64,000 nt of DNA from Caldisericaceae bacterium (GTDB taxonomy: Bacteria > Caldisericota > Caldisericia > Caldisericales > Caldisericaceae): the NCBI GenBank assembly GCA_049967855.1, contig JBMFRX010000005.1, positions 15,344 to 79,343 on the forward strand, given 5' to 3'. The notes beneath the pieces were generated by a model, which was not told the origin of the DNA, searched no databases, and worked only from the letters and a program-made list of their open reading frames with translations. Positions 8,954 through 19,634 of the stretch are shown here, piece by piece; the stretch's first letter is position 1, and the number at the start of each line of letters is the position of its first letter. The translations under genes and the position numbers were made by a program.

Positions 8954-10915
8954 ATGGGTAAGAACATTATTGAAAAAATCCTTGACAGTCACATTGTCGA
9001 AGGATTGCCCCAAAAGGGAGAGGAAGTTGGTATCAAGGTTGACCAGACTCTGACTCAGGATGCAACTGGTACTGCTGCTTATCTTGAGTTTGAGGCGATT
9101 GGATTTACTGAAGTCAAAACAGAAGCTGTAAGTTACGTTGACCACAACACTGTACAGGTAGGCTTTGAAAATGCTGACGACCACAAATACCTGCGAACTG
9201 TTGCCGAAAAGTACGGGATTACTTTTTCACGGCCAGGCAATGGTATCTGCCATCAAGTGCATCTGGAGAGGTTTGCAAAACCAGGGAAAGTGCTTATTGG
9301 TTCAGACAGCCACACTCCCACTGCTGGAGGCGTAGGTTCACTTGCAATAGGAGTTGGCGGACTCGATGTTGCTGTGGCAATGGGCGGTGGTCCATTCTAT
9401 CTTAACTATCCAAAGGTTATCAAAATCAACCTTAAGGGACATTTGCAACCTTGGGTTTCTGCGAAGGACGTGATTCTGAAAGTGCTTGAGGTGCTTACGA
9501 CAAAAGGAAATGTGGGCTATGCAATTGAGTATGCTGGAGAAGGTGTCAAAACGCTTAGCGTTCCAGACAGAGCAACTATTACCAATATGGGAGCTGAAAC
9601 AGGTGTAACAACTTCGGTTTTTCCATCAGACGAGATAACAAAAGATTTTCTCAGGAAGGAAAATCGCGAAGAGGATTGGATTCTGCTTGAGCCAGATTCT
9701 GACGCAACGTATGACAAGGTGATTGAGTTAGACCTTTCAGAGATTGAACCAATGGTTGCCCTTCCGCATTCTCCAGACAACGTGAAAAAAGTAAGTGAAG
9801 TTGAAGGGACAAAAGTGAACCAGGTAGCCGTGGGAAGTTGCACTAACTCTTCCTACAGAGACCTTATGACTGTCGCTAACATTCTGAGAGGGAGAGTGGC
9901 TTACAAGGACCTTGAGTTTGGAGTCGCACCAGGGTCAAGGCAGGTAATTGAAATGATTACCGAAAATGGCGGAATGGATGCTCTTGTTAAAGCTGGCGCA
10001 AGGATAATGGAAACTGCTTGTGGTTTTTGCATTGGTAATAGTTTCTCTCCAGGAAGCGGCGAGGTATCACTGAGAACAAATAACAGGAACTTTAAGGGAC
10101 GCAGTGGAACGGCGGATGCAAACGTCTACCTTGTGAGCCCAGAGACAGCAGCTGCCGCAGTTATAACAGGAGAGATTACTGACCCAAGAAAATTAGGAGA
10201 AATGGGCATAAAATATGAGGACATTAAGCTCCCCGATAGGTTTATAAAGGATGATTCTATGTATATCTTCCCGTTGCCAAAGGAAGAACGTGAGAAAGTG
10301 ACAGTGTTTAGCGGGCCAAATATTCAACCTATACCAAAGAATGATCCACTTCCTGAGTCTTTGAAGGGCTATGCAACTATTAAAGTTGGTGACAAAATTA
10401 CTACAGATCACATAATGCCTGCAGGGCAATATTTGAAGTACCGTTCGAACATTCCCAAGTATGCAGAACATGTTTTTGAACCAGTTGACCCGACATTTGC
10501 AAATAGAGCGCTTGAAAACAAGCAGAAAGGGTTTGCTAATTTTGTAATAGCTGGTGAAAGCTATGGTCAGGGGTCGTCAAGAGAGCATGCTGCGCTTTGT
10601 CCAATGTATCTTGGAGTGAAAGCAGTCATAGCTAAAACGATCGAAAGGATACATCTTGCAAACCTCGCTAATTTTGGCATTGTTCCGCTTCAGTTTGTCA
10701 ATCCTTCAGACTATGATTTTGTTGAACAGGGCGACGAAATCGAGATTCCTGATATAACAAAGAGCCTTGAAGATAAGAAAGAAGAAATTGTGGCTTTTGA
10801 CAAGACAAAAAATAGAGAAATGAAGCTTAAAGTTATGTTGACTGAAAGACAGATCAATTTCGTTTTAGCAGGAGGGCTATTGCCCTATACAGGAAAGATA
10901 GGAGGCAAGGAATGA
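8954..10915 (+). CDS. Aconitate hydratase (short ~650-aa single-chain type)
   Basis: QDATGT, DHN, GNGICHQ, DSHT, GSCTN, CGFCIG (three Fe-S Cys), NRNF, TTDHI, GSSREHA. Confidence 0.92.
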   Translation: MGKNIIEKILDSHIVEGLPQKGEEVGIKVDQTLTQDATGTAAYLEFEAIGFTEVKTEAVSYVDHNTVQVGFENADDHKYLRTVAEKYGITFSRPGNGICHQVHLERFAKPGKVLIGSDSHTPTAGGVGSLAIGVGGLDVAVAMGGGPFYLNYPKVIKINLKGHLQPWVSAKDVILKVLEVLTTKGNVGYAIEYAGEGVKTLSVPDRATITNMGAETGVTTSVFPSDEITKDFLRKENREEDWILLEPDSDATYDKVIELDLSEIEPMVALPHSPDNVKKVSEVEGTKVNQVAVGSCTNSSYRDLMTVANILRGRVAYKDLEFGVAPGSRQVIEMITENGGMDALVKAGARIMETACGFCIGNSFSPGSGEVSLRTNNRNFKGRSGTADANVYLVSPETAAAAVITGEITDPRKLGEMGIKYEDIKLPDRFIKDDSMYIFPLPKEEREKVTVFSGPNIQPIPKNDPLPESLKGYATIKVGDKITTDHIMPAGQYLKYRSNIPKYAEHVFEPVDPTFANRALENKQKGFANFVIAGESYGQGSSREHAALCPMYLGVKAVIAKTIERIHLANLANFGIVPLQFVNPSDYDFVEQGDEIEIPDITKSLEDKKEEIVAFDKTKNREMKLKVMLTERQINFVLAGGLLPYTGKIGGKE

Positions 10916-12132
10916 AAATTACAGTAGAAAACGGGAAAATGAATGTTCCCGACAACCCAACGATTCCTTACATCATTGGTGATGGCATTGGAATCGACAT
11001 TACTCCAGTAGCATTAAAGGTTTTTGATGCTGCCGTTGAGAAGGCCTATGGTGGTAAGCGCAAAGTCGAGTGGATGAAAGTGCTTGCAGGGCAAGAGGCA
11101 ATTGACAAAACAGGAGAACTTCTCCCGAAGGAAACACTTGATGCAATCAAAGATTACGTCATTTCAATTAAAGGTCCTCTTGAAACGCCAATAGGGAAAG
11201 GTTTCAGGTCGCTGAACGTCACACTCAGGCAAACACTTGATCTTTTTGTCTGCTTCAGACCCGTGAAGTACATCAAAGGAGTTCCATCTCCTATGAAGGA
11301 GCCAGAGCTTGTTGATGTTATGGTGTTCAGAGAAAATACCGAGGATGTCTATGCTGGCATAGAGTGGCCTGCGAATTCTGATAAAGCAAGAGAAGTAATT
11401 AATTTTTTGAAGGAAAAGATGGGGGTAAACATCCGAGAAGACTCAGGAATTGGTATAAAACCTATAAGCATAACTGGTTCACGGAGAATTGGCAAGGCTG
11501 CCATAGATTATGCGCTTGAGCATGGAAGAAAATCAGTGACTATTATGCACAAGGGAAATATTATGAAATACACCGAAGGGCTCTTCCAGGCAGAGATTTA
11601 TAAACTTGCAGAAGAACAATACAAAGACAGAGTTATCACCGAGGAGGAAGTCAATGAAAAATATGGAGGAAAAGTTCCTCAAGGTATGCTGATTCTCAAA
11701 CACAGAATTGCCGACTCAATGTTCCAGCAGATGATTTTAAGGCCTGACGAATATGATGTAATAGTTACGCCAAATCTCAACGGAGATTACATTTCAGATG
11801 CAGTTGCTGCGCAGGTTGGAGGAATTGGCATTGCCCCAGGAGCAAATATCAACTTCGAGAACAAGATTGCACTCTTTGAGGCAACTCACGGCACTTCCCC
11901 GAAGCATGCAGGTAAGAACGAAGTCAACCCTGGTTCGATAATTCTTTCAGGAGCGGAAATGTTCGAATATATGGGATGGAAGGAAGTAAAACAAATGATT
12001 CTTAACTCCATCGAAAAAACAGTCCTTGAAAAATACGTTACGTACGACTTTGCTCGTCTGATGGACGGAGCAACAAAAGTTTCAACTTCTGAGTTTGGTG
12101 ACAGAATGATAAAGAATATGGAGGCAATTTAA
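10912..12132 (+). CDS. icd: Isocitrate dehydrogenase (E. coli-type homodimer)
   Basis: [60 protein letters not shown]. Confidence 0.95.
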   Translation: MKITVENGKMNVPDNPTIPYIIGDGIGIDITPVALKVFDAAVEKAYGGKRKVEWMKVLAGQEAIDKTGELLPKETLDAIKDYVISIKGPLETPIGKGFRSLNVTLRQTLDLFVCFRPVKYIKGVPSPMKEPELVDVMVFRENTEDVYAGIEWPANSDKAREVINFLKEKMGVNIREDSGIGIKPISITGSRRIGKAAIDYALEHGRKSVTIMHKGNIMKYTEGLFQAEIYKLAEEQYKDRVITEEEVNEKYGGKVPQGMLILKHRIADSMFQQMILRPDEYDVIVTPNLNGDYISDAVAAQVGGIGIAPGANINFENKIALFEATHGTSPKHAGKNEVNPGSIILSGAEMFEYMGWKEVKQMILNSIEKTVLEKYVTYDFARLMDGATKVSTSEFGDRMIKNMEAI

Positions 12133-13376
12133 TGGCTCAAAGAGGAATAAGAGAGTTCCATGCTAAGAAGTTTCTCTCTAAATTTTTTGAAGAGCATCCA
12201 GAATATGGTTTTAGCTATGACGGAAGAATAGTTCTTGTAACCCCAGAGTCAAACTTCGAAAAACTGGCTGAAGAAAATAGCTGGCTCAAGGAAGGAAGAC
12301 TCGTAGCCAAGCCAGATATGCTCTTTGGAAAGAGAGGCAAACATGGTCTCGTCCTCCTCAATGCGACCTTTGATGAAGCAGTGAATTGGGTTCAAGAAAG
12401 GATGAATAAAGAAGTTCAGGTGGGTAAGACAAAAGGGGTTCTTACCCACTTTTTGATTGAACCTTTTGTGCCTCATGAAAAGGAGTACTACGTCGCCATT
12501 AAGACAGAGGAAGAAGGCGACAGAATATATTTTTCAGACATAGGCGGAATAGACATTGAGGAAAATTGGGAACATGTTGAGGAATTTTTTGTACCGATTG
12601 AAGGCAAAATCGAACAAATGCATCTTGAGGGAATTGACCCCTTGATTGAATCTTTTATTAAAGCTCTGTACAATTTCTTTGTGGAATACGATTTCACTTA
12701 CCTTGAAATAAATCCTTTTGCAATAAACAATGGAAAAGTTGTGCCTCTTGATTTTGTTGCAAGACTTGACGACACTGCCTTATTCAAGGACAGCGTGAAA
12801 TGGGGTGATGTAGAATTCCCAACACCTTTCGGAAGAAGTTTTACTAAAGAGGAACAATACATAAGAAGCCTCGACGAGAAAACTGGGGCGTCGCTCAAAC
12901 TTACAATTCTTAACCCTGACGGCCATGTATGGCTTATGGTTGCAGGCGGGGGAGCAAGTGTAATCTACACTGACACTGTTGTTGACCTTGGCTTTGGGCA
13001 GGAGCTGGCAAATTATGGAGAGTACTCTGGCGACCCAACTGAGCAAGAAACTTATGAATATGCAAAGACGATACTTGACCTTATGACAAGGAATAAGGAT
13101 GAGAAAGGAAAAGTTCTCATCATTGGTGGTGGGATTGCCAACTTTACGGATGTTGCAAAAACTTTCAAAGGAATAATAAGAGCTCTTACGGAGTACAAAG
13201 ATAAGCTCAAAGAGAATAATGTGAAGATATTCGTTAGAAGAGGCGGCCCAAATTACAAAGAAGGGCTTAAGATGATGGAAAAGCTTGGTGCTGATATAGG
13301 CGTACCGATAGAAGTTTACGGACCAGACCTCCATATGACCCGCGTTGTCAAAATGGCGCTCGGAGGCGAAAAATGA
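12132..13376 (+). CDS. aclB: ATP-citrate lyase subunit B (ATP-grasp + citrate-binding)
   Basis: [66 protein letters not shown]-type rather than SucC-type motifs. Confidence 0.92.
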   Translation: MAQRGIREFHAKKFLSKFFEEHPEYGFSYDGRIVLVTPESNFEKLAEENSWLKEGRLVAKPDMLFGKRGKHGLVLLNATFDEAVNWVQERMNKEVQVGKTKGVLTHFLIEPFVPHEKEYYVAIKTEEEGDRIYFSDIGGIDIEENWEHVEEFFVPIEGKIEQMHLEGIDPLIESFIKALYNFFVEYDFTYLEINPFAINNGKVVPLDFVARLDDTALFKDSVKWGDVEFPTPFGRSFTKEEQYIRSLDEKTGASLKLTILNPDGHVWLMVAGGGASVIYTDTVVDLGFGQELANYGEYSGDPTEQETYEYAKTILDLMTRNKDEKGKVLIIGGGIANFTDVAKTFKGIIRALTEYKDKLKENNVKIFVRRGGPNYKEGLKMMEKLGADIGVPIEVYGPDLHMTRVVKMALGGEK

Positions 13377-15205
13377 ACATATTTGAAAGAAACACTCAGG
13401 CAATAATATACGGTAGGCAGACAAAACCTGCTCAGAGGATGCTTGATTTTGACTTCATTGCTAAAAGGGAAACTCCTTCTGTGGCTTGTTTTATAGACCC
13501 AACAGAGAGTGGATTTGAAACGCTTTTCTTTGGAAGCGAAGAAGTTTTGATTCCTGTTTACAAAACGATTAACGAGGCAGTCAAGAAGCATGGGGATGCG
13601 ACTGTTATGGTTAATTTTGCTTCGTTCAGGTCTGCTTATGAAACCACTTTTGAGGCAATAAACACAGAAACTATAAAAACAATCGTGGTGATAGCAGAAG
13701 GAGTGCCTGAAAGAGACGAAAGGATACTCGCTCACCTGGCAAAAGAAAAGGGAAAGGTAATTATAGGGCCTGCAACTGTTGGTGGAATAGCTGCAGGCAA
13801 GTTCAGGATTGGAAATACTGGTGGAACTATTGAAAACATTGTTGCCTCAAAACTGCACAGGCCTGGTAGTGTAGGACTTGTTACTAAGTCTGGCGGAATG
13901 CTTAATGAAATGTTCAATATTGTAGCCAATAACTCTGATGGTGCTTTTGAAGGTATTGCTATTGGTGGTGACAGGTACCCTGGCTCATCTCTTGTTGACC
14001 ATCTTGTGAGGCTAAACAACATTCCTGAAGTTAAGTTTCTTGTGATGCTCGGAGAGGTTGGCGGCCTTGAGGAATACAAAGTAATTGAGGCTCTGAAAAA
14101 TGGCCAAATAAACAAGCCTCTTGTGGCTTGGGTTACGGGGACGTGCTCAAAGATTTTCCCAACAGAAGTTCAATTTGGGCATGCAGGAGCTCGGGCCAAT
14201 GCCACCAACGAAACTGCTGACAGCAAAAATATTGCCCTTAGGGAAGCAGGCGCAATTGTTCCCTCATCATTTGATGAACTGCCAGAGAAGATCAAAGCAG
14301 TCTACGAAGAACTAAAGAAGAGCGGTGTCATTGGAGAAGTTAATGAGTTTACCCCGCCATCCCTTCCTATCGATTATGATACTGCTGTCAAGAACGGAAT
14401 CGTTCGCAGGCATAGGCAGTTTGTGACAACTATTTCTGACGACAGGGGAGATGAGGTAAAGTATGCTGGCATTCCTCTTTCAGAGCTGATTGAGTCTAAG
14501 AAGACCATTGGTGATATCATAGGTTTGCTTTGGCTCAAGAAACAACTTCCTGAATATGCCGCAAAATTCATTGAGCTTGTTATAGAGACAGTTGCAGACC
14601 ACGGACCCTGCGTTTCAGGAGCTCACAATGCTATTGTAGCAGCTCGTGCTGGCAAAGACCTTGTCTCATCAGTTGCTTCTGGATTGCTGACAATAGGGCC
14701 GCGGTTTGGAGGAGCTATAGACGGAGCTGGATACTACTTCAAGTGGGGTAAAGACAACAACTTGAGTGCAAGAGAGTTTGTTGATGAGATGAAGGAGAAA
14801 GGTATACCAATACCTGGCATTGGGCATAGAGTTAAAAGTCTTAAGAATCCAGACAAAAGAGTGGTTATTTTGAAGGAGTTTGCGAAGAAAAATTTCTCTC
14901 AGACTGAATATCTTGACTATGCACTCGAAGTTGAACAAGTTACAACTTCCAAAAAAGAGAATCTCATTCTTAACGTTGATGGATGCACTGGCGTGTTGCT
15001 TGTTGATTTGCTGAAATCACTTGGCTTTAATGACGAGGAAATCAAAGAGCGGATAGATGCTGGATTGTTGAACGCATTCTTTGTGCTTGGAAGAACCATC
15101 GGAATGATAGGGCATGTGATCGATCAAAAGATGCTTAAATCAAACCTTTATAGAACTCCGTATGACGATGTGTTGTACAAATTACCTCGAAAGGAAGACC
15201 TATAA
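13373..15205 (+). CDS. aclA: ATP-citrate lyase subunit A (CoA-binding + citryl-CoA lyase domain)
   Basis: QRMLDFD, NFASFRSA, GPATVGG, phospho-His FGHAGA, DHGPCVSGAHN, IGPRFGGA, GIGHRVKS, LILNVDG. Confidence 0.93.
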   Translation: MNIFERNTQAIIYGRQTKPAQRMLDFDFIAKRETPSVACFIDPTESGFETLFFGSEEVLIPVYKTINEAVKKHGDATVMVNFASFRSAYETTFEAINTETIKTIVVIAEGVPERDERILAHLAKEKGKVIIGPATVGGIAAGKFRIGNTGGTIENIVASKLHRPGSVGLVTKSGGMLNEMFNIVANNSDGAFEGIAIGGDRYPGSSLVDHLVRLNNIPEVKFLVMLGEVGGLEEYKVIEALKNGQINKPLVAWVTGTCSKIFPTEVQFGHAGARANATNETADSKNIALREAGAIVPSSFDELPEKIKAVYEELKKSGVIGEVNEFTPPSLPIDYDTAVKNGIVRRHRQFVTTISDDRGDEVKYAGIPLSELIESKKTIGDIIGLLWLKKQLPEYAAKFIELVIETVADHGPCVSGAHNAIVAARAGKDLVSSVASGLLTIGPRFGGAIDGAGYYFKWGKDNNLSAREFVDEMKEKGIPIPGIGHRVKSLKNPDKRVVILKEFAKKNFSQTEYLDYALEVEQVTTSKKENLILNVDGCTGVLLVDLLKSLGFNDEEIKERIDAGLLNAFFVLGRTIGMIGHVIDQKMLKSNLYRTPYDDVLYKLPRKEDL

Positions 15206-15232
15206 TAGGCAATCATAACAAGTTATGCAAAC

Positions 15233-15262
15233 GAGAGCTCTCATTTATTGAGGGCTCTTTTA
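15233..15262 (+). terminator. Intrinsic terminator after aclA
   Basis: AGAGCTCTCA-TTTAT-TGAGGGCTCT followed by TTT. Confidence 0.7.
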
Positions 15263-15272
15263 ATAATGCGAA

Positions 15273-16112
15273 TTAGATAGTTTCGGTAAGAACGTGTCTC
15301 AAGCCTGCTTTCTGTAGTTTCCTAGAAATGTATTTAGCTTGTTCCAATTTATCGAACAAGGAAAAGAACGATGAACCAGACCCAGTCAAATGAAACTTTG
15401 TGCTTGTAAAATGTTCAACAAAGTCGAAAAGTTTGCGATAACGCGAGTCAATTTTCTTGAACAGCAATTCAAAGTCGTTGTATGCAAGGTCGTTCAACAT
15501 AGAAGCATTGTAATCTGTTGAGAGTGCCGAAATAAACTTATCTGTGTATGTTCCGTTTGAGAAGCTTCCAAATTTGTCAAAAAGTTCATAGGCAAGCCTT
15601 GTAGGAGAATGGAAGACTGGAAAAATAATTATAATATAAATTTTATTAAGGTTTTGAATGGGCTCGACAGTGTCACCTACTCCGCTCACAAAGGCTGTTG
15701 ACCCGTTGAAAAAGAAAGGAACGTCTGAGCCAATTCTTTTGCCAAGTTGGATGAGTGACGCATCACTCAGAGGATTCCCGAACAACCTATTAAGTAGAAA
15801 CAGAGTTGCCCTTGCATCGGAACTCCCGCCACCAAGCCCAGAACCTACGGGAATGGACTTCTTTACGGAAATATTCACTGGCTCTATTATAGATGTTGCT
15901 TCTCTGAAAATATCCCTTGCAATGTGGACAGTAGTTATCTTTGAAAACACCTTCCTGTTAAATGAAACTTCGTCAATGAAGGCATTCTCAATGGAAATAC
16001 GGTCGCTTAACTTTATTTTTTGAAAAACCGATGCTATTTGATGGTAAGCATCTTCAGTTTTGCCTGTTATCTCGAGAGTCAAGTTTAATTTTGCATTAGC
16101 ATATTCTATCAT
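15273..16112 (-). CDS. ispE: 4-diphosphocytidyl-2-C-methyl-D-erythritol kinase
   Basis: AKLNL, KSIPVGSGLGGGSSDA GHMP motif, GSDVPFF, NDFE, LTGSGS. Start taken as MIEYANAK (ATG 16112). Confidence 0.9.
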   Translation of the reverse strand: MIEYANAKLNLTLEITGKTEDAYHQIASVFQKIKLSDRISIENAFIDEVSFNRKVFSKITTVHIARDIFREATSIIEPVNISVKKSIPVGSGLGGGSSDARATLFLLNRLFGNPLSDASLIQLGKRIGSDVPFFFNGSTAFVSGVGDTVEPIQNLNKIYIIIIFPVFHSPTRLAYELFDKFGSFSNGTYTDKFISALSTDYNASMLNDLAYNDFELLFKKIDSRYRKLFDFVEHFTSTKFHLTGSGSSFFSLFDKLEQAKYISRKLQKAGLRHVLTETI

Positions 16113-16162
16113 GCAATTATTATACATTTCTTTTGCATAAATAAAATCAATTCAATTTTTTA

Positions 16163-16190
16163 TTGACTTTTATTGTAAACTAATTACAAT
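16163..16190 (+). promoter_or_regulatory. sigma70-type promoter of pheST
   Basis: TTGACT-16 bp-TACAAT; short leader to the GGAGG RBS, no room for a T-box. Confidence 0.65.
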
Positions 16191-16213
16191 TAAACTAATA
16201 CGGAGGAATTTTT

Positions 16214-17230
16214 ATGGACGATATTGAAAAGATAAAAAAAGAATTTGATACCAAACTGCATGAAGTCAAAGCGAGCTCTTTAAAGGAAATTGAAGATGAG
16301 TATTTGAGCCGAAAAGGGCTTATAGCTAATTTGTTCCAGCAGATGAAAGACCTTGATGAAGAGTCAAGGCGGAAATTTGGCAAAGAACTCAACATATTTA
16401 AGTCTTACGTCGAAAGCGAAATAGAGCACAGAAAGAGTGAACTTGAAGAGGCGCAAAGACAGGAAGAGCTTGAGAAAGAAAAGATTGACATTACAATTCC
16501 TGGTTTGAGGCTATCAAATGGTGCTTTGCACATATTGACGCAGACAATTAAAGAGGTGGAAGATATATTCATTTCGATGGGATTTGACATAAGAACAGGA
16601 CCTGAGATTGAAAGCGACTATTACAATTTTGAGGCGCTCAATATACCTGAGTATCACCCTGCGCGCGATATGCAGGACACATTCTACATTGCACCAAAGC
16701 TTCTGCTTAGAACACAGACTTCCCCGATACAGATTAGAACAATGGAAGCCCAGAAACCTCCTATTAGAATGATTGCAACAGGACGCTGTTATAGGAGAGA
16801 TGCTGTGGATAGTTCTCATTCTCCAATATTTCACCAGGTGGAAGGGCTTGTTATTGATAAAGACATCTCTTTCAGAGACTTAAAGGGTGTGCTTGCCGAG
16901 TTTACCAGAAAGATGTTTGGTGAGTCAGTTCGAGTAAGGTTTACGCCATCCTATTTTCCTTTTGTAGAGCCTGGTGCAGAAACCGCTATAAGCTGCGTTA
17001 TGTGTGGAGGAAAAGGTTGTCCTGTTTGCAAATTCTCGGGGTGGCTTGAGATGGGCGGTTCTGGAATGGTGCATCCTAATGTCCTTAGAAACGTTGGAAT
17101 AGACCCTGAAAAGTACCAGGGATTTGCATTTGGCTGGGGAATAGAAAGGATTGCTATGGTGAAGTATGAAATACCTGACATCAGGTTTTTCTATCAAAAC
17201 GACATCAGGTTCTTGAACCAGTTCAAGTAG
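16214..17230 (+). CDS. pheS: Phenylalanine-tRNA ligase alpha subunit
   Basis: HPARDMQDTFY, LRTQTS, FHQVEGL, YFPFVEP, GFAFGWGIER. Confidence 0.98.
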   Translation: MDDIEKIKKEFDTKLHEVKASSLKEIEDEYLSRKGLIANLFQQMKDLDEESRRKFGKELNIFKSYVESEIEHRKSELEEAQRQEELEKEKIDITIPGLRLSNGALHILTQTIKEVEDIFISMGFDIRTGPEIESDYYNFEALNIPEYHPARDMQDTFYIAPKLLLRTQTSPIQIRTMEAQKPPIRMIATGRCYRRDAVDSSHSPIFHQVEGLVIDKDISFRDLKGVLAEFTRKMFGESVRVRFTPSYFPFVEPGAETAISCVMCGGKGCPVCKFSGWLEMGGSGMVHPNVLRNVGIDPEKYQGFAFGWGIERIAMVKYEIPDIRFFYQNDIRFLNQFK

Positions 17231-17243
17231 GGGGAGGTGAGCG

Positions 17244-19634
17244 ATGATAATTTCTTTCAGGTTGTTAAAAGGCTTAATTGACTTTGACTATACCCCCCAA
17301 ACTCTTTCGCAAATGCTCACTTCATTAGGCATCGAAGTTGAAGGAATCAGGAAAGTGAACCACACTTTTGAAGGCATAGTTACGGGAAAAGTTCTTTCTG
17401 TTAATAGAATCAAAGAGACAGAGCTTTTTGAAGTGGAATTGGGGTATAAGGACTCGCGTGTGACGGTTATTACTTCAGCAAAAAATCTAAAAGCAAACGA
17501 TGTTGTTGGATTTGCACCTGTCGGCAGCAAAATAGCTAACGGAAATATCATTCAAGACAAAAGCTTTATGGGACACGTCTCTCAGGGGATGCTCTGCTCT
17601 GCAGAAGAGCTTGGCTTAGAGAACGAGCTTCTAAGTGCAGAGGAAAAGGAGGGTATCTTTGTTTTGCCGCAGGATACTCCCGTAGGTGTGCCCTTCGAAG
17701 AAGTTCTTCCTATTGATGACGATTTACTTGAGGTTTCGCTCCTTCCAGATAGGGCTGACGCATTTTACAGTGTTGGTTTTGCTCGTTGGGTTGAAATTTT
17801 AAGCGCACGCAATAATGGCCGAAAGGCTGATTTCAGTAAACTTGAGTCATATTATGATGTGCAGGATGAGTTTGAGAATAATTTTGAAGTGGAACTTGCT
17901 AATACCAATCTGTGTCCTTTGTACTCTTCAAGAATTATAAGAAATATAGACATCAAGAAGAGCTCTTACGAGTTGAGGAGAGAGCTGTTTCTTTTGAGAA
18001 TTCGTCCTATCAACAATATTGTTGACATAACAAACCTTGTTGCAAAGAAATATGGGCAGCCGCTTCACGCATTTGACTTTGATAAGCTGCAAGGAAAGAT
18101 AATCGTTCGTACCGCTAAAGAAGGCGAGAAGCTAAGGACTCTTGATGGAGTTCACAGAAATCTAAATACAAGCAACCTTTTAATTACTGACTTGTCTGGC
18201 CCAATTGCAATTGCAGGTGTAATGGGCGGTGAGGCAACGGCTGTCACGCAAGAAACGCGAAATGTCTTCATAGAGAGTGCATATTTTGACCCAATGACGA
18301 TTGCATATAGTTCAAGAAGCATTGGCTTGATAACTGATGCTTCGGCATTGTTCGAGAAAGGCGTAGACAGCTCATTCCAATCAGAGGCATCTCGCATAGC
18401 AGCAGCCCTTATAAAGAAAGAGGCGGGAGGTTCAGTATCCTCAGAGAGGATTACAGGGAAGCACATTCAGGGGAAAGTGGTTGAGGCAAGGTTCCAACGA
18501 ATAAGTTCTTATCTTGGTGAACAAATCCCTGAGAATGATGTGAAAAAATACCTTGAATACGAAGGGCTGGAATTTGATGAAAAGACAGATTCAGTAATCG
18601 TAAGGGCGCCTGCCTTTAGACAGGACATCAACATCGAAGAAGACGTTATAGAAGAAGTTTTCAGAATGAAGGGCTATAACGAGCTTGAAGAATCGACTAT
18701 AGTGAGCCCCGTGCGAAGTGGTGGGAGGTCAGAACAAGGAAATTTCCTACTCGATTTGAAGTCTTTCCTCGTTGAGTATGGATTGTTGGAAGTGAGTACT
18801 TTTTCTTTACTAAATCCGCAGTTGATTAATCAAACAAGCAAATCTCCTGAAGAGGAATGGGTTAGATTGATGAACCCATTGTCGGAAGATATGAACATAC
18901 TGAGACCTTCTCTTTTGCCGATGGTTTATCAGGTTTTAAAGCGGAACTTGAACGTAGGCGCTTCGAGCATTGCAATATTTGAACTGGACACAGTTTTCAA
19001 TAAGATTGGTCAGGATTACAAAGAAAGAACGGAGCTTGTTATAATACTTAAGGGCGAAAGATTGCTGCAGAACGGTTTTAAGAAACATCTCCCGTACGAT
19101 TTCTATTATCTCAAGGGCATACTTGAGGATGTTTTCGAAAGATTCAATATCCAAAGTGATTTTGAGAGAAAGCACTTCCCGTACCTCCATCCTTATCAAT
19201 CGTCAGCGATTTACTGCGACGGAGAGGAGATAGGACATTTGGGCAGGCTTTCTAAAGACCTTGATAAAGAGGCATACTTTGCTTCGGTTGATGTTGACAT
19301 TCTAATGAAGTTGTCTGGCAAAGCGAGAAAATTCAAGGCATTCTCTTTGTATCCATCTGTAAAAAGAGACATAGCCGTAGTTGTCAATGAGGACGTGGAC
19401 GAGATTGAAGTAAGGAAGGCAATCTTGTCGAACAACATAAAGGAACTTATAGATGTTAAGCTGTTTGATTTGTACAGAGGAGCTCCGATTCCTGACGGAA
19501 AGAAAAATCTTGCCTATTCGCTGGAATTTTCTTCGCAGGAGAAAACATTCAGAAGCGAGGAAATTGACGAGTTTATTTCACAGATTGAACGCTCCATAAA
19601 TACAGCCGTCAAGGGTGAGCTCAGAAGGAAATGA
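17244..19634 (+). CDS. pheT: Phenylalanine-tRNA ligase beta subunit
   Basis: SQGMLCS, INNIVDITN, GQPLHAFD, IAGVMGG, NPLS, RDIAVVV anticodon-binding domain. Confidence 0.96.
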   Translation: MIISFRLLKGLIDFDYTPQTLSQMLTSLGIEVEGIRKVNHTFEGIVTGKVLSVNRIKETELFEVELGYKDSRVTVITSAKNLKANDVVGFAPVGSKIANGNIIQDKSFMGHVSQGMLCSAEELGLENELLSAEEKEGIFVLPQDTPVGVPFEEVLPIDDDLLEVSLLPDRADAFYSVGFARWVEILSARNNGRKADFSKLESYYDVQDEFENNFEVELANTNLCPLYSSRIIRNIDIKKSSYELRRELFLLRIRPINNIVDITNLVAKKYGQPLHAFDFDKLQGKIIVRTAKEGEKLRTLDGVHRNLNTSNLLITDLSGPIAIAGVMGGEATAVTQETRNVFIESAYFDPMTIAYSSRSIGLITDASALFEKGVDSSFQSEASRIAAALIKKEAGGSVSSERITGKHIQGKVVEARFQRISSYLGEQIPENDVKKYLEYEGLEFDEKTDSVIVRAPAFRQDINIEEDVIEEVFRMKGYNELEESTIVSPVRSGGRSEQGNFLLDLKSFLVEYGLLEVSTFSLLNPQLINQTSKSPEEEWVRLMNPLSEDMNILRPSLLPMVYQVLKRNLNVGASSIAIFELDTVFNKIGQDYKERTELVIILKGERLLQNGFKKHLPYDFYYLKGILEDVFERFNIQSDFERKHFPYLHPYQSSAIYCDGEEIGHLGRLSKDLDKEAYFASVDVDILMKLSGKARKFKAFSLYPSVKRDIAVVVNEDVDEIEVRKAILSNNIKELIDVKLFDLYRGAPIPDGKKNLAYSLEFSSQEKTFRSEEIDEFISQIERSINTAVKGELRRK

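Noticed and set aside
12780..13424. 214-aa antisense ORF and the many other short overlapping ORFs in the track
   Set aside because: They are shadows of well-supported genes, with no recognisable motifs or RBS.
12132..15205. Succinyl-CoA synthetase sucCD
   Set aside because: The second subunit is 610 aa with a citryl-CoA lyase domain, and both subunits carry ACLY-specific motifs.
16128..16213. T-box riboswitch for pheST
   Set aside because: The intergenic region is too short and lacks the T-box consensus.
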